Shown: piece by piece, positions 1-12,539 of the stretch | Numbering within the stretch: the stretch's first letter is position 1 | Layout of the letters: the number at the start of each line of letters is the position of its first letter | Assembly: GCA_025201805.1 (NCBI GenBank) | Contig: MU619291.1 | Coordinates: 64,451-128,450, forward strand | DNA from: Parasitella parasitica NRRL 2501 | Taxonomy: Eukaryota > Fungi > Mucoromycota | DNA: 64,000 nt | Direction of reading: 5' to 3' | The notes under the pieces: generated by a model | The model's input: the letters and a program-made list of their open reading frames with translations, nothing else | What the model was told of the DNA's origin: nothing | The model's database searches: none | Position numbers and translations under genes: made by a program

Positions 1-788
1 CGAATTATGTATCTATCACGAACGTCCTTAACAAACACTTCATAAGTAAAAGCATCGATCACTAGACAAGCTTTATTGATAGAATCTTTTGATACAATTG
101 TCATGTACTCAAGGTAGATTAAGAGTAAGCACAAGCCTACGATGAAACTGCAACTGTTCCTTTTAACATAAAAGGCATATGAAAACCAATACTCGGCACA
201 TGTTTCGAGCGTTTTCTAGACAATATCTTTCTCATGCATTAATAAGATAGCCCTGTAACCAAAGATGCACCATTTCTTTCTCATCTTTCAGGTCGTCAAA
301 AATCAAAGACTACTATGTATCCCATAACAGTGCTGCAAGATAGTATAAAAACGTTTGAGATCGGATATCTATTACTGAGATCATTCTGTCTTCAGGTTTT
401 ATGCTCGATGTCAAAGATTTCAAGCTGATTATACTATTGAAATTACTGCTGTTAATCTCACTCATCATCTCCTTCCTGTACAATCCAGCGTATCCGACTA
501 TACAGCACGTCTCGCGAATACAACATCCAATTTAATCAAATGCCAAGTTGTAAATATATTTTGTTTCGGCAGAAGATGAACTCGAAAATAGCACGGCTTG
601 TGAGCACTTTATGGCATTTTATTTTCTACTACTAGCAGTGGCAGTGTGTTGTGCTTCCAAATAAGTGTTTGGGAAAAAGTTGACATGACTAAAATAGCCC
701 AAGTTTGTACCACAACAAGAAAAAAAAAAGGAGGCTGCATCCTGCAGTTGACATTTACAGTGAACCTTTCTTTCCTTTTTTTTACAAA

Positions 789-2185
789 ATGCTTCCAAGC
801 TCGCTTCTGCATTTTAGCAGCAAGCATAAAAGTGATGACAGTGTCAGCAATTATTCAGCTTACGTAGATACAATTGAAGATACAGTAAGAGCACTGTCAC
901 TTCTATTGCCTGGTAGGTACATAGAGAAAGCGAAATCAGCCATAAACCTGCTAAAACCGAGAAATGTAGGCAGATTTGAGGATAGCGACCTTTGCTCGCA
1001 AGCAGGTATTGTCAGCGGGTGTTGCGGACTACATGGTGATTTTAATCCTGGATGTATGCAGTTCTCACAGGGCTGAATTTAGTGTCACTCTACCACACAA
1101 AGTTTTTGGTACGGAAATCAAACTCTCTTAGATTAAAGCAAAACGAAGCAGAAACAGAGACATTCAACGATCGATTTTTGCAGTGTAATGATTCAAACTG
1201 GATCTGTAAATCGGCATCTTTGGTTTTAAGTGTGATCTCGTATTCGGAAGTCGTGATGGAGATGCTATTGAATAAAAAAGTGGCGAAAAATTTGAAATGG
1301 AAATATATTGCAACCTTGGAGGGATTCAAGTAAGTTTATGTGACACATCACAGCTGTCAAAGTGTGATTTTTAATGCGCGTTTGATATGCTCAGAGGAGT
1401 TTTACGGCTTTTACTGTTTTACGGTACAGAACAAAGGATGATATTACATCCAACGCACTTGATTCGAAACGTCGACCCGATTTCACTGGATATTGCATAT
1501 GGAGAAAAATACGAATTAACATCAATTGACCCTCGAACTGGCACAGCGCTATCATCGACGCACGATACCAGTCGGATAGGCACTAGTCAACCTAAAAATC
1601 GCAGAGGATGGGCTCATATGAGTGAGATATTATGGATTATCAGGCCATTTGTATATGGTGAGTAATATCAAGTTAGCTCCAAGGATCGCTATCTGACTGA
1701 TTCTAATTAGCTTTGATGATATTTTTGCAACAAAGGACAGCACGAAAGCATGAGCTGATTCGCAAAAAAGCCAACGGCGAAGGCAGCGACGAAGAGAAGA
1801 ACACCAATGAGGAAGGTATGGAAAAGGACGATGAAGGATTCTGGAAACCATGGCTAGTTTCTTTAGCTGTAGACATGGCATCTAGAATTTCTCGACACAT
1901 GCAAACAATGTCACCTTTAGAAAAAGATGAGTCTAGAAGAAGAGACTATCTATTAATCTACTACTTGCTTAAAGGTCCTTTGTATCTCAAGTTTACAAGG
2001 TAATGTGGAATGGCATGGAATTGATATTTTAAAGATGGTTTGCTTATTTCTGTATATGTAGAAATATCCTTGATGCTTTCTGCAATGCAACAGAGCATAG
2101 ACCACTCATATCTATTGTAACTGCTGCCATCAACGACTATCGTCCATTCTGGGAAGATTCGTATTTTTATACATCTGGTTCTTGA
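789..2185 (+). CDS. PEX16: Peroxin 16 (peroxisomal membrane biogenesis), multi-exon
   Basis: Spliced exons give IEDTVRALSLLLPG/RFEDSDLCSQA/VLTGLNLVSLYH, EVVMEM, LWIIRPFVY, WKPWLVSLAVD, EKDESRRRDYLLIYYLLKGPLYLKFT and terminal DYRPFWEDSYFYTSGS*, all typical of Pex16; GT-AG introns separate the ORF pieces. Confidence 0.9.
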
Positions 2186-2230
2186 GTGCAGTGCAAGTCG
2201 CAAAATTTATCCACAAAAAAAAAATTGGTC

Positions 2231-2367
2231 AAATTTGAAACCCAATTCATACACACCTGATGCTGATGTGGAGCTTACAGCAGTGTTTGTTCCTTTATTC
2301 TTTATTCTTTATAGTTTTTCTTGTGACCATAACATATACAATGAGAATGAAAATAAGGCTATAGATA
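2231..2367 (+). repeat. Left copy of an inverted repeat pair (partner 6027-6239)
   Basis: ctgatgctgatgtggagcttacagcagtgtttgttcc..aaataaggctat matches the reverse complement of 6027-6131; 2231-2258 resembles the reverse complement of 6208-6239. Confidence 0.85.
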
Positions 2368-3239
2368 TATATAACAGTAGAGAGTGTGAGAGAGCATATT
2401 ATGATATGAACTCTAATTCGGTATAAAAGCTAATACTAGATATAAAAGCTAATGATGTGAAACATTTTCTGCTTGAAAATATATGAATGACAGGGATGTT
2501 GTTATAATTTTTGGTTACTCGATGTTGACAATCCGGTGAAGTTCTGGTAGATCTAGAGGGGAGTTTCTTTTGCTTTAATTTATCGAACGAGCGAAGTACG
2601 AAAGTTGATTCCGTAACAGTCAGTCAGACCAAGTTCAAGTTTGTCTGTATTTGATTTTACATAATCAAGTACGGTATTCCAATATCGATGTTTCTGACAC
2701 ATTTGTAAATAACATGCATGGACCAGTCCCTACATTGGCCATTGCATTCCAAATGTGGTTTTGTAGTTCGATTTTCTTTAGTTGGTTCGCAATCAACTAT
2801 GGATGCTTCGCAGTTTCACGCTTATATCTGTTTCGAATGAATAAAGCTGCCCTTCGGGGCCGCCTGTGTACATTGGCGCAGGGTGTCTTATGATCTCAAG
2901 CTGCGAAATCGGAACACCACACTGCTCTTACCAACAATCGACTTGTTGTTTGCCTGTCACTCTTACCCTATCTAGGCAGACTGCAAACATTTGGAGTTAG
3001 ATCAAGCAGGAATTTTGACAATGTTGGTGTGTCCGCGGCCTTGGATGGTAGTAGGATATTCCGTATTCCCTTTGTGCTTTTTCCTTATCCGTTTATTTCT
3101 GGATTACACTTTGCTATTGTCGCGTTAAATAAGAGTTATAATATATTGGATAGCACGTAAAAAAATGAATAAAGCTCGACCAGTAAATATAATCCATCGA
3201 CAGAAACAAAGGTATAAAATGAAAGATAAAATTCTACAT

Positions 3240-4900
3240 CATGATAAATGGTGCAGAGAGTTCCAAGAAAATTTAGAAATTACTTAAGCCTTCTCATCAG
3301 CCTGTAAACTCTTACCAACGACTTGAACTGCAATCATAGTTTTTTACGTTGATTTTTCAATGCATCCTAATATATCTAATACTTGGTTATATAAATTGGT
3401 ATCGAATTTCACGTTTGAATCCATGTATTAGGAATATCTCCATACAGAATTTTCTCATAACTCTTTATTCGATATATTTTTGACCAAGTGCTCATTGTCC
3501 CTACAGCGATAATGGTTTCTATCCGATTCAATGTTCGACTGACCATTGAAGAGGATCGTTGCCATTCACTCTTGTAGTCAGTTGAACGCACTGTCGTGCT
3601 ATCGTCTTTTAATTTTAACATTTTATTTTATCATATTTCTTTATTCTCTTATCCCAGCTTTCCACCTTCTACTCTTGTGGTACGCGGATCAAAAAAAAAT
3701 CCATGTATTCCTCGACGATAGTACTTCGTAGTCTATCCAAGTTTGTAACCCCAAAATGACTGGTTTGCTCATCACCGTATTCACCTTAGTTCGGGGGGGG
3801 GGGGAACTCGTTTTCTTTTAAAAATAGAACATCCGATAGGCATCTATGCAACTAAATGTTAATACCAGTCTTCTTTGTAACTAGGAGCATTTAAAATTAC
3901 AGGATTTCGTGGAAATTGCCATCAACATAAGAACCTTGTCTTTTTTGCTTTAACTTCAACTGCCTTTTTATATTTATAGAATTGCTGTAATATACTAGAA
4001 TCATCTTGCTCATCACAACTTTGTTCATTGAGAGTATCAACAATTTCTTCTTGGCTACTGCTGGCGCTTTCAGAATCAGTATCATTATGTTCATGACCCT
4101 CAGTTCTCTGTTAAACGTTATAAGTATGATATGTACGAATAGTTGCTATACAAGTTTGTATTAATTATAAATTGACAGATAGTATGTTTGCCGACTATAA
4201 AAACAAAGGGATACTATTCAATAATATAATAAATTCGTATAAAAAGGACTAGTTCTCTGTAATGCAAGTAAATATACACTAGAGAGAATGTATGTAAAAT
4301 AATGTAAAGTTAAGTTTACAAGAGAAAAAGGTTGTTTATTATCAATGTTGACATATGCAAAGCATATGCAATCTGCAGTAAGATCGATCAATTACTATAG
4401 AAAGATGTATAACCAAAAATGTACACAACAGCTACTTGCACATATCAAGTACGTGTAAGTTTGATTATATTTTTGCACATTTTATGAGCTGACCCGATTT
4501 GAAACATACTTTTCTTTCGCTTGTAGAACGGAAGCAGCCAAACTTTCCCAGCCAGCTATAGTAATGGCAGTTGCAGCTTTTGCTTTCCAGGCTGATCTCA
4601 ATCCTGGGCTTATTTTCTTTTTCCCGCTCACATTGGTAAAAGCTAATAATCTCATTTTGTTTTGTAAGTTTTTTTTTGCTCCTACTGCGCTTTCGAAATG
4701 GTTGATGTATGCCTTATAAGATTCATGTGAGCAGCACATAATTTTATCAAGCTGGGGTGTCTTTCAGCCTCAACATAATCTTCCAAACTAAAAACATACT
4801 AGAGCTCCTATTGCAAAGTTCGACCCAAAAAAGGCGATATACTTACCTGTTAGTACATCAGACATATTGGTGGTGGTATCAACAATAAACTTGGGCGTTT
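3240..4900 (-). pseudogene. Degenerate spliced gene relic, possibly of the PD-(D/E)xK-like multicopy family
   Basis: Recognisable splice sites (cag/gtaagt near 4845-4905), broken ORFs 4482-4739, 3897-4094 and 3409-3621, and a ILGCIEKST..MIAVQVVG segment near 3320-3380; many stops. Confidence 0.35.
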
Positions 4901-5091
4901 CCTGCGAAATGAGATAAAAAAGAATCATTATGTATTATCCAACGTAAAACTAGTTGGATTTTTTTTTAAAGGTTTTTATTATTTGCTCCACGTATATTAC
5001 AGAGAGTTTGAGTGTAATCAAGCGGCGGGCGCAATCATCAATTATATAAAAAAAGAAGGATAAGATATGAAGAATAAAGTATAATATAGAC

Positions 5092-5376
5092 AAGAACACA
5101 GCAAAATAAACACAATCCAGCGAGGAATAGAGTGTACAAATGCTTTGTTTGGTTTTGTAATTCCCATTCAAGTTTCGAATTTTTGAGAAGTCGGCGTTAA
5201 ATCAAGTATATCTCATTTTGAAAAACTAATTAAAAATATATAGAGAGCTTTAGAAAGATATAAAAAAATATGTGCGTATGCAACAAAGCGTGAAATAAAT
5301 GGTCATGTATTTTGATTTGAAATAAGAGCTCTTTCAACAGAGTAAATCATGTTGAAAGTCGGGCGAAATAGCTTGA
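5092..5376 (+). repeat. Dispersed ~285-bp repeat, copy 1 (left arm of a foldback)
   Basis: Near-identical to 49889-50172 (about six differences by eye); a diverged inverted copy lies at 5582-5790. Confidence 0.9.
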
Positions 5377-5581
5377 CATTTATTAAAATCAGCGCAAGGC
5401 ACAAAATTTTTTTTTACCTTCCCACAGCTTCACAGTATTCTTCTTATATACATGAGCAGAAGGAATCCAACATTGTGTAGTGTGCGACTCCTCTGTTGTT
5501 ACCATGTAAGCGGCTATTTCTGGGCCTTTCTTCTAATCATTACCTTATAACCCTTTTCTATTCACATTTTTATTTGTATAG

Positions 5582-5790
5582 ACTCTGTTGAGAGAGCTTA
5601 TATTTTAAACCGAAATCCATGAGCATTTATTTTATGTTTTGTTTCATACGCACATATTTTACTTATAGTTTTCTGAAGTGTTTAGTTAACGCCATCTTCT
5701 CGAAAATTAGCAAAGTGGAATAGAATTGAAAAAAACAAATAAAGCATCAGTTAACTCTATTCCTTCTTGGTTTATGCTTATTTTGCTTTA
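5582..5790 (-). repeat. Diverged inverted copy of the 5092-5345 repeat
   Basis: actctgttgagagagct..catacgcacatatttt..ttaacgccatcttctcgaaaatt..actctattcct aligns with the reverse complement of 5095-5343. Confidence 0.75.
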
Positions 5791-6026
5791 TTTTCGTTAT
5801 AATTTCTACTAATTATTACTTTTTTCTCCTAATACTCCAGACTCAATTATGAAATCAAAGTCAAGCGGAAAAAGCTTGGTGATATCCAATGCTAGCGCTG
5901 AGGGCAGTATAAATCTCGTTATAGTAAGGCCTTATTAACTTAGTTATTATGGAAGAGCATATTTTTTTGTTGTTTTGGGTTTGTGGCATTTATATCGGTG
6001 ATAAAAGTGTTTCATTTTTTTAGGCT

Positions 6027-6239
6027 CTATCCATAGCCTTATTTTCATTTTCATCGCATATATTATAGTTGCAAGAAAAACTATAAAGAATAAGGGAACA
6101 AACACTGCTGTAAGCTCCACATCAGCATCAGCATCGGATCTTTGATTTGTATATTTGTTGCTCTGGAATCTCACCAATTTAATTTCATGATGTGCTTAAT
6201 TTTTGTTCCAGGCGTATGTGAATTGGTTTTCGCAAATTT
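6027..6239 (-). repeat. Right copy of the inverted repeat pair (partner 2231-2367)
   Basis: Both spurious ORFs translate to DADVELTAVFVPLFFI; this copy carries about 75 bp absent from the left copy. Confidence 0.85.
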
Positions 6240-6542
6240 CACGAAAACTCTCGGTACATGTACAGATTGAGAGTGGAATGACTGTAATAGGAACTGCATT
6301 GAATTAGAATAAATGGCTTACGATCACACCTCAATACCATTAGTCATGCTCGAGTTGCTGATCTCTAAGCAGAATTGCCCTTTCGAGTCACGTTAAGCCA
6401 GCTTGGGAAAAACAAATTGCTGGCAGGCAATTCAATTTATGTAATGCCAAATATATAAAATATATGTATAAATACCACAACGGCAATAAACACTTGCACA
6501 TTTCCTTTTGCCTTTAGTGACAATAACGATTTTAAAGAAAAA

Positions 6543-7899
6543 ATGTCCCCTTTGCCTTATCCCATCACTTTGCCTACTTTGGCTGATTCTCAACTCACCC
6601 GTGTCGGTGTGAAATCTCCTGAAGACGTAGTTGTCGTTTCTGCTGTCAGAACTGCTCTTGCCAAAGGTCGCAAGGGTGGCTTCAAAGACGTCTTGGCTGA
6701 CGGTATGTACACGCTACGATCAGTGCTATGCATGCGCTTGATTTACTGACCGCTTTGTAGAGCTTTTGGTCCATGTTTTTAAGGCTACCATTGCAAAGGC
6801 AGGTATTGATCCTGCCTTGGTCCAAGATATTACAGTAGGCAATGTCAGTGGGAAGGGCGGTCTCGCAACTCCATCCCGTATGGCTGCACTTGCTGCTGGT
6901 TTTCCTGAGACTACCTCTGTCAGCACCTTGAACCGCCAATGCTCCTCGGGCCTTCAAGCCTGTGTTCAGATAGCCTCTGCCATCCAATGTGGCCTCATTG
7001 ATATTGGCATTGGCGCTGGTGTAGAGTCCATGAGTGCTGATTACTTTGGCCGTGTCATTCCTCTTTCTGAAAAGCTGTCAAAAGACCCCATTGTTAATGA
7101 ATGTAAGATTCCTATGGGGTAAGTTATCTAGGAAATGTGATGAATAAGGGACAATATAGACTAATGCGCAATTGATAGTATTACCTCTGAAAACGTAGCT
7201 GCTGATTATGGCATCACTCGTGAAGAACAAGATAGTTTCTCTGCTGAATCACACAAAAAGGCCGCAGCAGCTCAGAAGGCCGGTCTATTCAGGGAGGAGA
7301 TTGTTCCTTGTACTGTTACTACCCTCGGTAAGGACGGCAAGGAAAAGACGATTGTCGTTGATCAAGATGAGGGTATTCGTGCATCTTCCACCGTTGAAGG
7401 TCTTGGCAAGCTGAAGCCTGCTTTCACTCCTACCGGTAGCACTACTGCTGGCAATGCTTCTCAAATTTCTGATGGTGCCGCTGCTGTCTTGTTAATGAAG
7501 CGAAAGACTGCACAAAAGCTGAACTTGCCCATCCTGGGTAAATATATCACTTCTGCTTCTGTTGGTGTACCACCTCGTGTAATGGGCGTTGGCCCTGCTT
7601 ATGCTATCCCTGTTGCTGTTGAGCGTGCCGGCTTGAAACTTTCTGAAGTTGATATCTATGAGATCAATGAAGCTTTTGCCTCTCAAGCACTTTATACCAT
7701 TAAGGTCCTTGGCCTTCCAATGGAAAAAGTTAATCCTAAGGGCGGTGCTATTGCTATCGGACATCCTTTGGGTTGTACTGGTGCTCGTCAAGTTGCCACC
7801 TTGTATCCTGAATTGAAGCGTCAAAACAAGCGTATTGGTGTTACTAGTATGTGTATTGGCTCTGGTATGGGGATGGCTGCTGTTTGGGAAAGAGAGTAA
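6543..7899 (+). CDS. POT1: 3-ketoacyl-CoA thiolase (Pot1/Fox3-like), 3 exons
   Basis: NRQCSSGLQA (catalytic Cys), MG-ITSENV across an intron, AGNASQISDGAAA, EINEAFASQ, GHPLGCTG, MCIGSGMG. Confidence 0.93.
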
Positions 7900-8155
7900 A
7901 ATTTACTCTATTCATACTCTATAATTTATAAAACTCTGTATCAACAAAATAAAAATGGCAATGTATATAGATATAATTTACAAAATGACAGTTTATCCCT
8001 GAATCTAAGTTTAAACCAATTATTTAATTATGTGTCTTTTCAAAAATCATAGCATATTCAAGCAAATGGGAATTTCTATTTTTATAACTTTACATCATCA
8101 TTTTATGTTACATCTATTGAGTCAAGTCAGTATATCCAATATCAAGGAAAGAATA

Positions 8156-8185
8156 TACAGTCGGGACTCTTTATAACGGACGGGT
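8156..8185 (+). mobile_element. Solo pogo/Tigger-like terminal inverted repeat
   Basis: TA followed by CAGTCGGGACTCTTTATAACGGAC resembles pogo/Tigger termini; no partner found; degenerate ORF debris follows to about 9700. Confidence 0.4.
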
Positions 8186-10339
8186 TGGTATACAAAACTG
8201 TGTTTGATATAGCGAGTTATCCGCTATTCAGAATTTGATACTCTACAGCACAGTGTCTGGAACCTGGAATCTACCAGAAGCTTATTATGAAGCTTAAATT
8301 TTGTTAATTAAATTACCTTCAACCTCAATCCTAACCTCTATTTTCCATGCCTAGCATTAGAATCACAAAAATAAGGAACTCTTGAACTGACATCAAGCAT
8401 TACTATATGCAACAATGGTAATAGGGCTTCTCTGTCACTAGCAATTAGCGACTTGTGAATTATTCCTCTTCTGCTTTCAACTCGATGGGCCACACCTGTT
8501 TTATCATATTACTATGAAGAAAGGTACACTTGTGGTATCAAAAAACTTACTTTATAGAGCTGTGTCATGTACTAGAATTGATATTGACGTGATATCATCC
8601 CCAGACAAATATTTTTTTACAGCTTAAAAGCAAAAATTATAGCTTCGTATACCATTTCCGAGTGATTTTTATAATCAAAAGTGTCCTGAAAAGACCAGAA
8701 ATAGTATCCATTGGCAAAAGAATAGATTATATATGATTTTGGTGCAATTTGAGCATGATTTTTTTTCGATGCAAAATCATGGATTTTTTTGATTTTTTCC
8801 TTGTATCCACACATCCAAAATCATTGATTATGCATTATTCTCGATTTTGACCCCAAAAATGAAACTTTTTACTATAGCATATATTAAAGGAAAATGATCG
8901 TAAAAGATCATTCCTTGATCTGAAAGACTAAAAATGCGCTCTGACTAAGCAAAATATTGACTTTTACCTCTTAATCTGCTTTTGAGATTTTCTCGACAGA
9001 ATTTCTTCCATAAGCATACGAGATTCCTGAAAATGATACCAGCTTGTAGAGCGCCCAAAAACACATCTATAATCATTAACTGACAGCCGTGGTATACATA
9101 GTATCGGAAGATGATATCTTGCCTCAAAGGAGTAATTTTGTTTTCGAAATGTCCAAATAAAGTTTCTGAAAGAATTTTTGCTTCCTGATTTTGGACGCGT
9201 TTAATCTCCGCAATCGAAGAAAATAGTGGGTTTTTAAGAAAGCAATAGCTTTGAGAAGCCATAGCTTACCTAATTCAAGAGAAAAACATTTGCAACCTAA
9301 TTCATTCAAATTTTGTGTCTCTTGGCTTTCTAATGATATTACTTGTATGTCTGTACCTAGTCTGAAGGTCCCACGCTCCGATTTTGTAAAATATTTTTCC
9401 GAAAACTCGCTACCTTCATCTGATATCAACTTGAAAAGTATAAAAACTTGCTCAAAACTATGCAAATGTATAATCAAAAGGTGCCTTATAGTCTGATATA
9501 TTACTTCGAATTATTTGTTTTTGTGTTGAAATCGCTAAACATAATTTCCTTACAGTTTTTGTCTTCTTTCTGATAACACACTGAAGTTTGCGTGAACCAA
9601 AAAAAATTAAGCGCCTAAAATCTAAGTACCTGGCTTTGCAAAGACACACATTTTTGTAGAACCATTCTATATTATGGAAAATATGGCACAGGTTTGACTA
9701 GCTGCTCTACTGTACAACTGGATATAGAGAAACCAGCTCGGTTCTTGTCTGACAAGACCTTCTACACTAGCAGACGCCAGATCAACTGAAGGAATAAGAA
9801 AATGCCAGAGAAAAAGAAACAATCTGCCACCAGGATAATACATTTATTAATAAAACATTATCTGTATAAAAATTTATGAGATTCCAAGGATGTAAATGTG
9901 TTTATCTTCAACCTTGCTCTCCGTTCTTGAATTTAATTAAAGGTTTTTGATCCAAAGTCAACAGACACACTTACACCCAGAATCACAGATGTTTGTCAAG
10001 AGACAACCATAACTTTTTTTAAAGACTACCTTGAACTTCAAGATAGCTTATTTTAGGACATATTCTCTTTTTTATTCTTCACATTGGAAAAAAAACAAAG
10101 CAGCTTTTAAATAAAAGGTTTGTTACTAAAAATCTTAATATATATTATCACAATCAGCATAACCTTCTTCAGTTATCTGAAGGCAAACTTTTTCCTCACA
10201 AACGACGATAAAAAGACTTTAATAAGCGTTGCCTCCAGTGTAATAAATAATAAGCAGTAGTAGGGCATTAAATAATGATCTAATTAACAAATTAATAGCT
10301 TTTCACCTCTCAACAACGATGCTTCTTCACCTTTTTTTT

Positions 10340-10780
10340 TTGTTCCAGTTCCAAGCCGTCTTTGAGAGATATTCATCTCTTCCGCTGCAGCACGAATTGA
10401 CATGTCTTTTTCGTTCACGAGATAGAAAAGGTATTCCATGTCTTCCTTTTTGTATTTACTTTGCGTTTTAAGGGTTGAGGCATCATTCTAAGCGGATTCC
10501 TCCATTTTCTTTTTTGCTACTTGTTTCCGTCTTTTCAACTTGTACAGTCGTTACTGTCTCAATTGACGCATATGAAAAACCAATCGGCGAATTTCATAAG
10601 TACAAAAATTATACAGAAAGCCCGCCAATTGAGACGGTAACAACTGTATTGTTTCTTGGAAGGTTATTGTGGTCCTCATCGTAATTGGCTACATTTCCAA
10701 AAAGGAAGTTAGGGCCATCAACTTCTATTTTGAAGCACTAAGGCTTTATCACCATTTTAGTTAAACATTTCACCTTTATC
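10340..10780 (-). mobile_element. Degenerate Tc1/IS630-like transposase N-terminal HTH fragment
   Basis: Minus strand reads KYKKEDMEYLFYLVNEKDMSIRAAAEEMNISQR, homologous to 55555-55893 (LFALIYERGMSARAAALKLQINPR). Confidence 0.6.
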
Positions 10781-10893
10781 ATCTTCAATTATGAATTTTA
10801 ACAAACAAAAAAACAAAAAAACAAAATAGAAATAAATGCACCAAATTTCTTTTGTCAAGCGCCATTATTTTCCGGAAATAGTGTATTATTATT

Positions 10894-12354
10894 TTATTCT
10901 TGCAATTCTTGAATTTGCTTGATGAGAAATGCTTTTTCATCGTTAAACTGCTCATCGTCTGAAAACAAAGAAATTAGCCAACATGATAATATCTATTTTT
11001 CGTGATTTTTCTACCTTGTCTATCATTATGGAAGTTCCCCAGAAAATGAATGAGTTTTTCTTGATTTTTCAATAAGATATCAACAATTTGTTTAGTTTTG
11101 TGCGGGTTGGCGACAAATACTTTAAATACATGGAATGCTTCAAACTGAATGTTTTTACTCTTGTCTCGAAGCAAATTCATCATCAATTTTAAATTTTCTG
11201 CACTGCTAATGTAACGAGTCATGACACTGAAATTTGACCTGTCCAGCAAGATCTCACCCAACAGCTGCAATGGTGCCATTTTCAGTATATGTTTACAAGC
11301 ACTTTTTGGTTAGACAAACTCACCTTTAATGATTGCCTTTTTGTAACGTAATTCTCTGATTGCAGTAGTTCCTTGTATTTCGAAAAGAACTAAAATAACA
11401 ACAAAAAAGGGTTAGAAAAAAGAAAGGAGGCAAGGATTGTCTCGGGGAGACGATGGGGGGGGGGGTTTTTTTTTTGAACAATAGGAGCCATGTTTTACCT
11501 CATCATAGTGAGCGTCCAAGAAATCGGCTACCACTGCCTTGTGTTTTGTCAAAATCTCTTTGAACGAAGCAAATGCGTCAGACGCGATATCGAACGTACT
11601 CATTTCGACGAATTCAAAGAATTTATAGAATTTGAGGGAATACAACAAGATTTTGGCCAGAGCTTCGTGACGGATACACTCCCGTATAATCAAACCGCAA
11701 TTCAACGCAACATCGGCTTTTTCATATCTGTGTGAGCATATATCGACAATAAATAAGCTGCTGGTATCATATTTTCAGCAAAGTAATATATTTACCCATT
11801 CAATAAATCAAAAAGGATTTCTTCTTTGGTACACAAATGTTCGACGGTAGGGAATCGAGATCCAATTTGTCGTTTCAATAAATTGTTGAAAATTTGAGCA
11901 ACGTCTTTCTTTGCCTAATACGATGTCAATGCATACACAATTTACCACATCATCCTTTCTTGTACCTCAAATTGGAGTTTTTGAATATTAGAAACTAGTA
12001 GAGACAACAAATCTGCCTTGTAGATTTCAGTAGCTAATTGCGTAACAAGGTCTGGGTTTGGTTCATGATCTTTTTTTTTTTTTGAATGTGAGGGTTAAGT
12101 ACGCGCACAGCACCAACATGATCGACTAGCTTACCATCTTCACCATAGAGAATATTCTTGATCAGTATCAAGTTTTTCGAAATTTCCTCTGTTGACTAAT
12201 ACAGTTTATTCGAGTCAGCAAAAAATAAACTATTTGCGTTTCTCCAACTCACTTTGCGTTTATCTGGGCCGTCCAATTTCAGGATAGAGTCGTTAACAAG
12301 TTTAACAAGGTCTTTTGGTGTTTTTTGCTTAGGCTTGAAGATATTGAAATTCAT
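10894..12354 (-). CDS. HYM1: MO25/Hym1/CAB39 family scaffold, multi-exon
   Basis: [18 protein letters not shown] start; [19 protein letters not shown]; [19 protein letters not shown]; [17 protein letters not shown]; [15 protein letters not shown]. Confidence 0.95.
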
Positions 12355-12539
12355 TTTCTTTGAGCAAAAACAAGGGGAATAACGAAAAAGAGAAAAGGGA
12401 CAAAAAAGAAAAAACTACCACATAACAACAAACTACTACATCTCAGTACGAAAAAATTGGGCCGGATCATTGATTATCCAATGAGCAGGTGAACCAACCG
12501 ATTGGGGCACTCTTTATTACCATTATATCAAACATCAAT

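Noticed and set aside
1-560. Possible coding or TE remnant at the window start
   Set aside because: Only short broken frames; no motif I could assign
8540-9700. Overlapping ORFs of 60-117 aa suggesting a gene
   Set aside because: No recognisable motifs or coherent exon chain; probably decayed TE sequence
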